Notes: a model not told the origin generated them from the sequence alone. A stretch of DNA of 64,000 bases from an uncultured Desulfosarcina sp. (GCA_963674945.2 CAXXWQ010000004.1:320001-384000); one strand, 5' to 3'. Shown: positions 1-9,597, numbered from the stretch's first letter. Program-made: numbers and translations.

Positions 1-383
1 TGAATTGCCCGGTATACGCCGGAAGAAAGTTACCCGGCGTCGAATCCGGACAGTCATGCAGGACTTGATGTATATGGCCGGTCGATTAGTAACCAGAAGT
101 AGAAAATGGTACATATCCTTTGGCCAACTCAATCCATTTTCCAAACTGATGGATCGGATTTATCTTCGTCTGAATTTGCTTTCCGCTATGAAGTAGCTAT
201 AATTTTTAAAAGAACAATTTTACAGGCATTTGCTTGGTGATTTGCTATGGCTAAAGAATGAGAAACAGGAGCAAAATTCCTTCGAAATTTGAAAATAGTG
301 AGAAAAATTATCAACAAATGATGGTGTGTGAGGCAATCGCCCCGCGCCAATCCTAACAGCAAAAATTAGGCCACTGATTCAGG
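1..383 (+). mobile_element. Right end of IS1380-family-like insertion sequence (truncated by window)
   Basis: Transposase-like C-terminus, then an AT-rich tail ending in GATTCAGG at 376-383, the reverse complement of the CCTGAAT-type terminus of IS1380-family elements. Confidence 0.7.
2..196 (+). CDS. IS1380-family transposase, C-terminal part
   Basis: RRRIRTVMQDLMYMAGRLV resembles the C-terminus of IS1380 DDE transposases; frame is open from the window start. Confidence 0.7.
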   Translation, partial: ELPGIRRKKVTRRRIRTVMQDLMYMAGRLVTRSRKWYISFGQLNPFSKLMDRIYLRLNLLSAMK

Positions 384-393
384 TTTTTGTTTA

Positions 394-1908
394 TTGGCCA
401 TTTTTCTCACTGTTTCAACTGGCATATGCACCGACCTCGAAGGGCGGTTTGAAACCGCCATTCGAAAACCGGCGGCGGCGGGGGCCTTCTACGCCGAATC
501 CCCCCATTGGCTGACGGCCGGAATCAAGGCACTCCGGGAATCGGCGGTGGCGCCGTTTCCCGGAAAACCGGTGGCCATCATCTCTCCCCATGCGGGTTAT
601 ATCTATTCGGGTCAAATCGCCGCGGATGCCTTCAACCAGGCCGCTGGTCACGACTATGATCTTGTTGTACTGCTCGGCACCAATCACACCACGGCCGGAT
701 TTAACGGCATCTCCATCTATGCGGGGAAGGGATATGAAACGCCGCTGGGCATCGCGAAAATCGATAAATCCGTCTCTATGGCGCTGCTGAACGCGGATGA
801 TCGTTTCATCTTTCTCGAATCGGTTCATCAAAAAGAGCATTCCATCGAGGTGCAGGTTCCCTTCGTGCAACTGTTTTTTCCAAATACGCCCATCGTTTCT
901 GCCATCGTGGGCACCGACGATCCAGGGCTTTGCATCCGGTTCGGCAAGATTCTTGCCGATGTGATCAAAACGCGCAACGCATTGATCGTTGCCAGCACCG
1001 ATCTTTCTCACTACCCCGAATACGAGGATGCCGTTGCCGTTGACCGTGAGACCATCGCTGCCATTGTTACGATGGACATTTCCGAAATGGCGCGCACCTT
1101 TGGTGATCCAAAGAAGGGCCGCGTAAAAGAGCTCTATACACGGGCATGCGGAAGTGCGCCGGTTTTCGCCGCCGTGGCGGCATCCAGGGCAATGGGGGCG
1201 CATTGTGCCCGACCGGTTTCCTATGCCAACTCGGGGGACGCGAGTATCGGTGATCCGTCAAAGGTGGTTGGATATGCCGCCATGGCCTTTTATCCCGGGA
1301 AGCCATGTTCACCTGCCACCTTGCAAACGGGGGGAAATGACACTGCCAATATTGATCTGCAAAAAGATCGCCCCATAGACCGTGCCGGGCAGGTGGCGCT
1401 TCTCGCCTTTGCCAGAAAAACAATTGACCAGTATTTGCGATCGAAAACAGTACCGCTTCCCCGGGGATTCGATCCACAACTACACCAACGCAGGGGGGCG
1501 TTCGTCACCCTTCATAGCGAGGATCGGTTGCGGGGCTGTATCGGGAAAATGACAGGGGACCGACCCCTGTGCAGTGTCGTGGGGGCCATGGCACTCCAGG
1601 CGGCTTTCAATGATCGGCGGTTTAGACCCGTCACACCCGACGAATTCGAGAACATTACCATCGAAATTTCCGTCCTGACCCCGTATCGGACGGTGGATGG
1701 CGTAGCCGATATTCGGGTCGACCGGGATGGCGTGGTATTGCACAAGGGCGGTCGATCCGCCGTCTTTCTGCCCCAGGTCGCTACAGAACAAGGGTGGACC
1801 AGGGAACAAATGCTGGAACGACTCTGCATGAAAGCGGGACTTACGCAAAAGTGCTGGACCAGCGGCGCCCGATTCGAGACGTTTCAGGCACAAGTGTTCG
1901 GCGAGTAA
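394..1908 (+). CDS. MEMO1-family (AmmeMemoRadiSam protein B) fused to AMMECR1-family (protein A); 5' end probably disrupted by IS
   Basis: MEMO motifs PHAGYIYSG, EHSIEVQVPF, STDLSHY, CG and VVGY; AMMECR1 motifs GAFVTL, LRGCIG, DRRF, IEISVLTP and FLPQVATEQGW. Confidence 0.92.
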   Translation: MAIFLTVSTGICTDLEGRFETAIRKPAAAGAFYAESPHWLTAGIKALRESAVAPFPGKPVAIISPHAGYIYSGQIAADAFNQAAGHDYDLVVLLGTNHTTAGFNGISIYAGKGYETPLGIAKIDKSVSMALLNADDRFIFLESVHQKEHSIEVQVPFVQLFFPNTPIVSAIVGTDDPGLCIRFGKILADVIKTRNALIVASTDLSHYPEYEDAVAVDRETIAAIVTMDISEMARTFGDPKKGRVKELYTRACGSAPVFAAVAASRAMGAHCARPVSYANSGDASIGDPSKVVGYAAMAFYPGKPCSPATLQTGGNDTANIDLQKDRPIDRAGQVALLAFARKTIDQYLRSKTVPLPRGFDPQLHQRRGAFVTLHSEDRLRGCIGKMTGDRPLCSVVGAMALQAAFNDRRFRPVTPDEFENITIEISVLTPYRTVDGVADIRVDRDGVVLHKGGRSAVFLPQVATEQGWTREQMLERLCMKAGLTQKCWTSGARFETFQAQVFGE

Positions 1909-1915
1909 AAAAAAC

Positions 1916-2036
1916 TGCAGAAATCAGGAGCCAGGAGCCAGAATGAATCTGAGTCGCTTCGCTCCGTCGATTGGATAATATGGATCGAGCCGAAGGCGAA
2001 TACCAGATTCTGGATTCTGACTTCTGGATTCTTGTA
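1916..2036. repeat. Imperfect palindromic element with heptamer-repeat arms
   Basis: Left arm AAATCAG-GAGCCAG-GAGCCAG-AAT pairs with right arm ATTCTGG-ATTCTGA-CTTCTGG-ATTCT; inner TCGCTTCGCTC / GAGCCGAAGGCGA. Confidence 0.7.
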
Positions 2037-2056
2037 ACCATCATACGGCAGAGCCA

Positions 2057-4270
2057 ATGAATTCTGAGTTGTTCCAGAGGGCCAGGCTTATGCACTTCAA
2101 TGGGGCGCTTCGTATGGCCGTCCATCTTCTTCTCCTCGGTTTTATCTCCATTCTCGGACAGGTCGTGATTCTTCGTGAACTCAACGTTGCCTTTTACGGG
2201 GTGGAACTCATCTACATCTTGTCATTGGGGCTCTGGATGTTCTGGACGGCCCTTGGCGCGGTGCTCGGGAAGCTAAAGATGCGGGTAGCCACCGACCTCA
2301 TCGGCGCCGTTTTTCTTCTCTTCTCCATTCTGCTTGTGCTGGATATCGTTTTCATTCGGGCCATGCGAATTGTGTTCGGCGCCGTGCCGGGTACCTACAT
2401 GTCTATCGGCTACCAGTTGGCCTGTGCAGGTTTGAGTCTTTTACCCATTGGAATCTTGCTGGGAGTGCTTTTTCAATGGACCGCCCGCGAATATATGGGA
2501 CGCGGCAAAACCCTTGCCGGCGCGTATGGTCTTGAAAGTGCAGGAGCCGTGATCGGCGGGCTTGTCGCAACGGCGACGTTTTTCATGGGCATCGGCAATC
2601 TGGCTTCCGGCATGATCTGCGCCCTCGCGGCGTCGGTTCTCCTGATGGTGCCGGGCAGCGGTTATGGTAAAAGGGTAAAGGTTGCCGGCATCGTAACGGT
2701 GTTGGGTCTCGCCGTGGGATTAATCTTCTCTCCGGACATCGATCGCTGGTTGACAGGCTTGAATCACCCTACCCTCATCGATTCCAGGGACACACCATAT
2801 GGACGCATCACCATCACGGCGCAGGCGGACCAGCGCATCGGTTTTGTCAACGACGTCTTGTCCCTGGAGACGGAAACCATTGCCGCCGAGGAGTTCGCCC
2901 ATATTGCCGCAATCCAGCGTGACCGGGTCGGGGACGTCCTGATCGCGGGTGGCGGTGTGGACGGACTCGTAGGAGAACTTCTAAAACATCGTCCACGTCG
3001 CATCGACTATGTCGAACTCGATCCTGCGCTCATCGATCTCGCCCACCGGTATTTTCCTCCACGTTTCACCGCCGCATTACAATCAAATCGCGTAAGAGTG
3101 ATCTCAGGTGATCCGAGGAATTTCCAAGACGTCGTATATGATCTGATCATGGTTGGCGCACGGCAACCCTCCTCGGGTCACGCAAACCGGTTCTACACCC
3201 GGGAGTACTTTCAAGACTGCGCCCGACACCTGAAACCGGGAGGCGTTCTGGCCATTCGCCTCGAGTCTCCCGAAAATCTATGGTCTCCCTTTGTCTTGCA
3301 TCGCAATGCCGGTGTATATCATGCGTTACAGACGGCCTTTTCCGATGTGCTGCTGCTTCCCGGTCAAACGCACACACTCATCGCATCCAACACGCTACTT
3401 TCTCGTGATCCTGCACAGTTGAGTCATCGATTCAAACAAAGAGGGATCGGCGCGCGGCTCGTATCTACTCCCTATATCCATTACCTTTACACCAACGATC
3501 GATTTACAGAGGCTGCCCACCGATTGTCGGAAACCCCGGCGACGCCCAATAGCGATACCCGGCCCATGTGTTACCAGTATAGCGCCATGATCTGGATCAC
3601 CAAGTTCTTTCCTGGCCTGATCCACAGTGACCCGAAGCTGTTCGACGCGTTGAACAATCCATTGTGTATCGGTATCGTGCTGATGCTCTGCTGCGGTCTG
3701 TTCTATGGAACGGGACGACGAAAAAAATCAGGTGCCATTGTGGCGGTTTTTTCAGGCGGCTTTATTGGCATGTCCTTGGAATCCATGATTATCCTCTACT
3801 ATCAAGGTAAATGCGGCGTGCTGTATCAAAATCTCGGCATCCTTTTGATGGTGTTCATGGCAGGCCTTTGCGCAGGGGCGTTCATCATGGACAAATATTT
3901 TTCTCCTGAATGCCAGGGTCGGTTCCGAAATACCGCGGCGATGCTGTTTTTATCATTCACTGTGCTCAATATCCTATTTCTCACCCTCATCCGTTTCAGT
4001 TTGCCTGCCGGGATCACCGTCATGTCCGCGTTTCTCTTCGTAACCGGCTTGCTGGTTGCCGCCATATTCTCCCTGGCAGGGTTTGGGGAAAAAGCGGATC
4101 CGACCCGATGTATTTCTCCGCTTTATGCCGCCGATCTAGTGGGCGGATGCCTCGGAGCGCTTCTGGCAACCCTGATCTTAATTCCGTTTTGGGGGATGCA
4201 ACGCAGCGCCGGGATCCTTGCCCTGCTATCGCTGATTTCTTTATTCTCCATTCGGGATTTTTCGACCTGA
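2057..4270 (+). CDS. Polytopic membrane protein with spermidine-synthase-like SAM-dependent transferase domain
   Basis: N- and C-terminal TM bundles around VLIAGGGVDG, DYVELDP, NRFYTREYF and LKPGG; start uncertain (2057/2090/2114). Confidence 0.85.
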   Translation: MNSELFQRARLMHFNGALRMAVHLLLLGFISILGQVVILRELNVAFYGVELIYILSLGLWMFWTALGAVLGKLKMRVATDLIGAVFLLFSILLVLDIVFIRAMRIVFGAVPGTYMSIGYQLACAGLSLLPIGILLGVLFQWTAREYMGRGKTLAGAYGLESAGAVIGGLVATATFFMGIGNLASGMICALAASVLLMVPGSGYGKRVKVAGIVTVLGLAVGLIFSPDIDRWLTGLNHPTLIDSRDTPYGRITITAQADQRIGFVNDVLSLETETIAAEEFAHIAAIQRDRVGDVLIAGGGVDGLVGELLKHRPRRIDYVELDPALIDLAHRYFPPRFTAALQSNRVRVISGDPRNFQDVVYDLIMVGARQPSSGHANRFYTREYFQDCARHLKPGGVLAIRLESPENLWSPFVLHRNAGVYHALQTAFSDVLLLPGQTHTLIASNTLLSRDPAQLSHRFKQRGIGARLVSTPYIHYLYTNDRFTEAAHRLSETPATPNSDTRPMCYQYSAMIWITKFFPGLIHSDPKLFDALNNPLCIGIVLMLCCGLFYGTGRRKKSGAIVAVFSGGFIGMSLESMIILYYQGKCGVLYQNLGILLMVFMAGLCAGAFIMDKYFSPECQGRFRNTAAMLFLSFTVLNILFLTLIRFSLPAGITVMSAFLFVTGLLVAAIFSLAGFGEKADPTRCISPLYAADLVGGCLGALLATLILIPFWGMQRSAGILALLSLISLFSIRDFST

Positions 4271-4370
4271 CTTCGAGATAATGGCCGCCGTTACACCCGT
4301 GAGAGACATTTACTGAGCCTTTTGAATTCAGACCATGGACCATAATTGTATTCCCATCGGCTGATAAACC

Positions 4371-4399
4371 TTGACACAGAAAGAGAAGCGATCTATGAA
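4371..4399 (+). promoter_or_regulatory. sigma70-like promoter ahead of the riboswitch
   Basis: TTGACA-17 nt-TATGAA directly upstream of the riboswitch. Confidence 0.55.
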
Positions 4400-4409
4400 A
4401 CGCTGCATA

Positions 4410-4625
4410 GTATCAAGGTGCCGGGTTCGATGAAGAAAAAGTGGGTAACGACCGTTTCTCTGTCGGACGGGCTTAATAGGGAATCCCGTAAAATCGGGAG
4501 CGGTCCCGCCGCTGTAATCCCCGCCAGTTCATGGTAACCTTTGCAGCATGGTGTGCCACTGTCAGCCGTTGGCCTGATGGGAAGGCAGTTGCAAGGGGGG
4601 GTGAGCCAGAAAACCTGCCTTGAAC
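4410..4625 (+). ncRNA. Cobalamin riboswitch
   Basis: TCAAGGTGC...AATAGGGAA..CGG..CCCGCCGCTGT...GCCACTG...GGGAAGG...GAGCCAGAAAACCTGCCTTGA (B12 box); upstream of cobalamin genes. Confidence 0.95.
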
Positions 4626-4698
4626 ATGGCGCGGAACAGACTGCGGTGCATCGGGCTTTCCGTCGACAGCCGGCAAAGGGTCAAGTAAACAGGGTGCA

Positions 4699-4732
4699 GC
4701 CCTTTGAACCAAAATGGTTCAAAGGGTTTTTT
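4699..4732 (+). terminator. Intrinsic terminator, probable riboswitch expression platform
   Basis: CCCTTTGAACCA-AAA-TGGTTCAAAGGG followed by a T tract. Confidence 0.85.
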
Positions 4733-4832
4733 ATTGCCAGACGGCTCGGTTGTTATTTGAACATCGGAATGCAGATGCAGCAGTTTCTGATCCAACACCA
4801 CAATCTCACATTGAAAATGGAAAGGAGGTCAT

Positions 4833-5241
4833 TTGCGATTGGGGAAAAAGAGGAGCAATTGGGCTGCGTTTTGGATTATTCTATCGGTTTTTGAACAAAT
4901 CCGATGATACGGCATTCAGACGGAACCGGTACTATGACAAGGAGACCTGCCGTATCGCCCCGGTGGCAGGCAACGGTATCCGCCGAATACCGCCCCATTC
5001 ACCGTTTCGCGATTTCCGGAGAAATGATCTACAGAGACGAAATTTATTCGGGCCATCGAATTTTGAAGCGACAAAACTCGAGGAGGCCCTGGTGTTCAAT
5101 CTATCGGCCAGTGTTTTCCTGGGCAAGGGATGGCAGGTGGTCGTCGATGCCGAAAACCTGACCGATGATCGAAGTGTGGATCGCTGGGGTTATCCCAAAC
5201 CCGGGCGTGGGTATTGCATTACCGTCAAGTGGGGATACTAG
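4833..5241 (+). pseudogene. TonB-dependent receptor (BtuB-like) remnant with a large internal deletion and frameshifts
   Basis: AGGAGG RBS and TTG start a signal-peptide-like MRLGKKRSNWAAFWIILSVF; then pieces in different frames: LPYRP, RWQATVSAEY, and ENLTDD..GYPKPGRGYCITVKWGY (receptor C-terminus). Confidence 0.75.
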
Positions 5242-5355
5242 GCAAGTATCCATCCGACAATCACCCGCATCGTACAGACGATTGGCTTTTCGGTAAAAAA
5301 TGGATGGATTGAATAAAACGAGATTTGATTACAATGAAAGAACAAGAGGGAAAAA

Positions 5356-6249
5356 ATGATGAGATTGAAACGATGGCTGGGTCTTTTGATTGGTGTGATT
5401 TTTCTGATGGTTTCTGCAAACGTTTTTGCTTCCGCAAGTCATGGAGATGAATCGCCCAAAAAAGTTGGCATTCTTCTGGTGGCTTTTGGATCCAGTGAGG
5501 CATCGGCCCAGGTTTCGTTCGAGAATATCGATAAAAAAGTAAAGGAGGCCTTCCCTGACATTCCCGTTCGTTGGGCGTATACATCCTATATCATCCGTGA
5601 AAAACTCGCCCGGCAGGGTAAACAACTGGATTCTCCGGAAGTTGCCTTGGCAAAAATGCAGGATGAGAAATTTACACATGTGGCGGTTCAGTCTCTTCAC
5701 ACCATCGGTGGTGCGGAATACCATGATTTACGCCGCACGGTTGGTGCATTCAAAGCGATGGGTGGGTTTCAGAAAATCGTTTTGGGTTATCCGTTGATCG
5801 CAACGCAAGAAGACATGGAAAGGGCCGTTGATGCAATCTTGACGAATATTCCAAAGCAGCGTAATAAAAAGGAAGCTGTCGTATTGATGGGACATGGCAC
5901 CCATCATCCTTCCAACGCCTTCTATGCTGCCTTGATGTTCCAACTTCAGCTCAAGGATCCGAATGTTTTTGTAGGCACTGTGGAAGGATACCCCGGTCTC
6001 GATCTGTTGATTGAACTGATGCAGCAAAAAAAAATAAAGAAAGCCTATCTGATACCCTTCATGTCCGTGGCCGGCGATCATGCCAAAAATGACATGGCCG
6101 GTGATGAAGACGACTCATGGAAGTCAATCCTGACCAAAGCGGGAATCAAATGCGAAGTCGTTCTCAAAGGTACCGCCGAATATGATGATTTCGTCGACAT
6201 CTGGGTTGATCATGTGAAAGAGCCGCTGAACCATTTTACTGTAGACTGA
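5356..6249 (+). CDS. cbiK: Sirohydrochlorin cobaltochelatase, signal-peptide (periplasmic CbiK-P type)
   Basis: Signal peptide; LVAFGSS, AYTS, VQSLH, MGHGTHH, VGTVEGYP, VAGDHAKNDM. Confidence 0.93.
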   Translation: MMRLKRWLGLLIGVIFLMVSANVFASASHGDESPKKVGILLVAFGSSEASAQVSFENIDKKVKEAFPDIPVRWAYTSYIIREKLARQGKQLDSPEVALAKMQDEKFTHVAVQSLHTIGGAEYHDLRRTVGAFKAMGGFQKIVLGYPLIATQEDMERAVDAILTNIPKQRNKKEAVVLMGHGTHHPSNAFYAALMFQLQLKDPNVFVGTVEGYPGLDLLIELMQQKKIKKAYLIPFMSVAGDHAKNDMAGDEDDSWKSILTKAGIKCEVVLKGTAEYDDFVDIWVDHVKEPLNHFTVD

Positions 6250-6273
6250 TGTTGAATTTTAGAAAGAAAGAAT

Positions 6274-7056
6274 ATGAACAACCACGATAACCATCCCATC
6301 CTGTTTTGCGGTGCCGGTCCGGGTGACCCGGAACTGATCACGGTGAAAGGGATGAAGGCGCTTGGGGAAGCTGACCTTGTTGTATACGCAGGATCCCTGG
6401 TTCCGGAAGCGGTCTTGCGTTGGACATCGAAGGAAGCGAAACGAGTGAGTAGTGCGGGCATGAACCTGGATCAAATCATGGCCAAACTGGTTAAGGGCTA
6501 TTACAATGGCCTTAAGGTGGTCCGTCTGCATACGGGAGATCCGAGCCTGTACGGTGCCATCCGGGAGCAGATAGAAGTTCTCCTGGAAAACGAAATCCCC
6601 TACAAAGTCATTCCCGGCGTAACCTCAGCGTTTGCCGCAGCAGCATCCCTGGGAATCGAGTATACCGTGCCGGAAGTGACCCAGACGCTGATTTTTACAC
6701 GGATGGCGGGTCGCACCCCGGTTCCGGAAACGGAGAATCTGAAAGCCCTGGCATCCCACGGCGCATCCTTGGCCATTTATCTGAGCATGGCATTGATCGA
6801 TGAGGTTTCCCGCATCCTTTCCGAAACTTACGGAAGCGACACCGCCTGCGCCATCGCCTACCGGGTGAGCCACCCGGAGGAGAACATCATCAGGACGACG
6901 GTGAGGAGGCTTTCGGAAGAAACAAAAAAAGCCGGGATTGACCGCTTGGCCGTGATTCTCGTGGGACCGGCACTCGAGCCGTTTTCCCTATCGGGAAATC
7001 TGCGTTCCAAGCTCTACGATAAGGGATTCTCCCATGGCTACCGTACGGGGAAATGA
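6274..7056 (+). CDS. cbiF: Cobalt-precorrin-4 C11-methyltransferase
   Basis: GAGPGDPELITVKG, YAGSLV, RLHTGDPSLYGAIREQ, SKLYDKGFSHGYR. Confidence 0.93.
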   Translation: MNNHDNHPILFCGAGPGDPELITVKGMKALGEADLVVYAGSLVPEAVLRWTSKEAKRVSSAGMNLDQIMAKLVKGYYNGLKVVRLHTGDPSLYGAIREQIEVLLENEIPYKVIPGVTSAFAAAASLGIEYTVPEVTQTLIFTRMAGRTPVPETENLKALASHGASLAIYLSMALIDEVSRILSETYGSDTACAIAYRVSHPEENIIRTTVRRLSEETKKAGIDRLAVILVGPALEPFSLSGNLRSKLYDKGFSHGYRTGK

Positions 7057-7059
7057 TCT

Positions 7060-8012
7060 CGCCGTTTGGGTGGTAACACCCAATGGGTTCGCTCGTGTAT
7101 CGTCAATGGGTTGGGAATGTAAATCGTTCAATCTGGCGACCTTGAAGTGGAAGACATAATCGGGTTCAGACCCCATGCGTAAGTCGGTCATGGCGACATA
7201 ATCGCTCACAGTGGAAAAGGCACAATAGCCCCTGGTGAATCTTTTCAATTTGACAACCGGCGGGTGTTCTTCGGTTCCAGCCATCAATGCCAGGTTCCTG
7301 GGGTAGAAATCAACGATCAACGGCAGTTCCTCATCGAATAGGGAAAAATAGGTTTCGAAATACCGGTTTTTGTCGATACCCACGACCCGCCATAGCAAAG
7401 TGGTGAACGGTGCCGGGGGAGGATATGAACTGGGAATAGGACACCTTTTGGCGAGCAAGCTTTTCCGATACCCTGTGTTGACAAATTCTCCGGCACTCAA
7501 CGACCAGGCAAAATAAGACAGGCGGAGAAAAAGGCCAATCGTATTGAGTCGATGGCCCAACCAACGATTTCTTTTCAACACCAGCGCAGCCAGGACGCCC
7601 GAGGGAAAGGGTAAGGTAAAAAGAGGATCGATGATGAAAAGAACCGGGACTGCCATGGGTGTGGTGTCAAAGGGCCAAAAGATTTGTGTGCCGTATATGG
7701 TCAGCAGATCCAGAAATACACTGGTTTCCAGTACAAGGAAGGAAAGCAGAACCCACCCGCGATAATATCGTTTCGTGTCAGAATGTATGCTCGGAATCAG
7801 CCAGGCCAGCAGCGGAGATACGATTGCCAAAAGAGGGAGAGAATGGCTGAAGCCGCGATGGTATACGAAGTCATTTACCGGACCGCCGAGGGGGATGAAG
7901 ACATCCATATCAGGCAATGTTCCCAAGACGGCACCCCATACAAGTGCCTTCCTCCCGACCTTTTTGCCGAGGATGGCCTCTTTGCAGGCGGCGCCGAATG
8001 TTAACTGGATCG
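7060..8012 (-). pseudogene. YdjM-like membrane metal-dependent hydrolase, decayed
   Basis: GAVLGTLPDMD, HRGFSHS, YGTQIFWP, DLRMGSEPDY; start codon lost; segment QHRVSEKLARQKVSYSQFISS sits in a shifted frame. Confidence 0.75.
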
Positions 8013-8029
8013 ATTGCCGATTTCACATA

Positions 8030-8150
8030 GACACCCGTGATACCCAACTTCTCATTTCGTTTTTGAGAGATTCGAAGCAAACGCTCAATTTTATCCCGTG
8101 TCATTTCGCCGCTAGCGGCACTGCAATAGACGACTTGCATCAATATTTGT
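8030..8150 (-). pseudogene. BLUF domain N-terminal fragment
   Basis: LMQVVYCSAASGEMTRDKIERLLRISQKRNEKLGITGV matches the first half of BLUF (YxS..N..GITG); the rest is missing. Confidence 0.7.
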
Positions 8151-8301
8151 TTCGCCAATCCTAAGCGAAACATCGTTGCAGTCGTTTTGATGGTAGTATT
8201 CACCTGCCATTGTATTGCGTTCCTTTTATCGTTGAATTCAGTCGGTTGATGAAAATTATTCGGATCAGTGATTTGATCAATACGAAGAGAAAGGAAAGAC
8301 G

Positions 8302-8490
8302 ATGAAAACGGAAATAAAAGATGATGTGTTCGTTAAAGTAAAGGACATGGCAGGAAACGAATTTGTCTGTCCGCTAAAAGATTTGAGGGATATCAGAAAC
8401 GTCAAAGAGGAGGAACTGGAAAACTGCTTTGAAGGCGATGTTGTCGGTCGCTACGCAGGTCAGCTGAATATTATCGATGCAAAAGGTTGA
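8302..8490 (+). CDS. Small hypothetical protein (62 aa, two Cys)
   Basis: AAGGA RBS, ATG start, protein-like acidic composition. Confidence 0.7.
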   Translation: MKTEIKDDVFVKVKDMAGNEFVCPLKDLRDIRNVKEEELENCFEGDVVGRYAGQLNIIDAKG

Positions 8491-8646
8491 ATTCCGATCG
8501 CAGTTTGTTTGCACTGCCGCATTTAGAAACCATTGATCGGCCTTTACAAAAGAGACAAGGCAGCACTGATCGATGCACCGGCCAACACAGCCTTGTCGAG
8601 ATGATTTCGACAAATATTAGTGGTCCTCCGTTACCCAGCCTGGTTG

Positions 8647-9597
8647 CTATATCAGCAACTCAAAAGAGTTTTTAATCGTTTCAGCGTGAACCATCGTCTC
8701 ATGGGAAATGAGGCCCGAATAACTGCCGATCCGTTTAGTAAGAAAATCTGCCATTTCGTGATGATCGTGAAAAACCGCATCCAGTATCAGTTGGTAAGGT
8801 CCGGTTGTGATGGCGATGTTGCGCAGCCTTTTTTCGCGGACAAGATCGTTTGCTACGGACATGATTTTACCAGGTGCAACACGCACAAATATGAATGCCT
8901 GCACGTCAAAACCAAAAAACCAGGGTTTGGTAATACTCACTACCCGGATAGCATTATCCGCCCGGAGCGCCTGCAGTCGACTGCTGACGACCCTCCTGTC
9001 CACTCCCATTTTTTTTGCCAGGTTTATGACACTTTCTCTGGGAGACGACTGCAACTCCTTCATTAATTTGATATCGAGCTCGTCAAGGATGCGTGGCTCG
9101 GGATGCCGAAAAGGTATAATATTCTCATTCAGATACTCCCAGGAGACCTTGGTGCTTCTTAGAACTGTTTCCGTTTCAAAACGGTGCAAATATGGGACGT
9201 GACTCAACTCTTTATCGAGAAAATCGATCGAATCGGGGGGGCTGCGAAAGGTCATGAGGGAAAAAAGATCATAACGTCCGGTGGTAATGGCGATAAACTG
9301 GGTGTTTTTATTCGATCGCAGCCATTTTGCCACTTCCTGTGTTTTTCCGGGAACGGCATTCAATCCCATAGTTACGGAAGTTCGAAATCCAAGCAGTTCC
9401 GGATTGGGGATAGCCGTAATGGAAATAATATTTTCATCCAGGAGTCTTTGCATCCTCCTCTGAATCGTCGTATTGCTTACGCCTATCTTTTTTGCAATCG
9501 CATTGCTGCTTTGCCTGGCATCCAGTTCCAATTCCTTCGCCAGCAAGAGGTCCAGCTCATCTGTCTGCGTTGTTTTGGGTGTATTCATGTTGTTCAT
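8647..9597 (-). CDS. Lrp/AsnC-family regulator, tandem duplicated (two HTH plus RAM units)
   Basis: Two repeats: DELDLLLAKELELDARQS..IAKKIGVS and DELDIKLMKELQSSPRES..LAKKMGV, with ITTGRYDL / ITTGPYQL. Confidence 0.88.
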   Translation of the reverse strand: MNNMNTPKTTQTDELDLLLAKELELDARQSSNAIAKKIGVSNTTIQRRMQRLLDENIISITAIPNPELLGFRTSVTMGLNAVPGKTQEVAKWLRSNKNTQFIAITTGRYDLFSLMTFRSPPDSIDFLDKELSHVPYLHRFETETVLRSTKVSWEYLNENIIPFRHPEPRILDELDIKLMKELQSSPRESVINLAKKMGVDRRVVSSRLQALRADNAIRVVSITKPWFFGFDVQAFIFVRVAPGKIMSVANDLVREKRLRNIAITTGPYQLILDAVFHDHHEMADFLTKRIGSYSGLISHETMVHAETIKNSFELLI

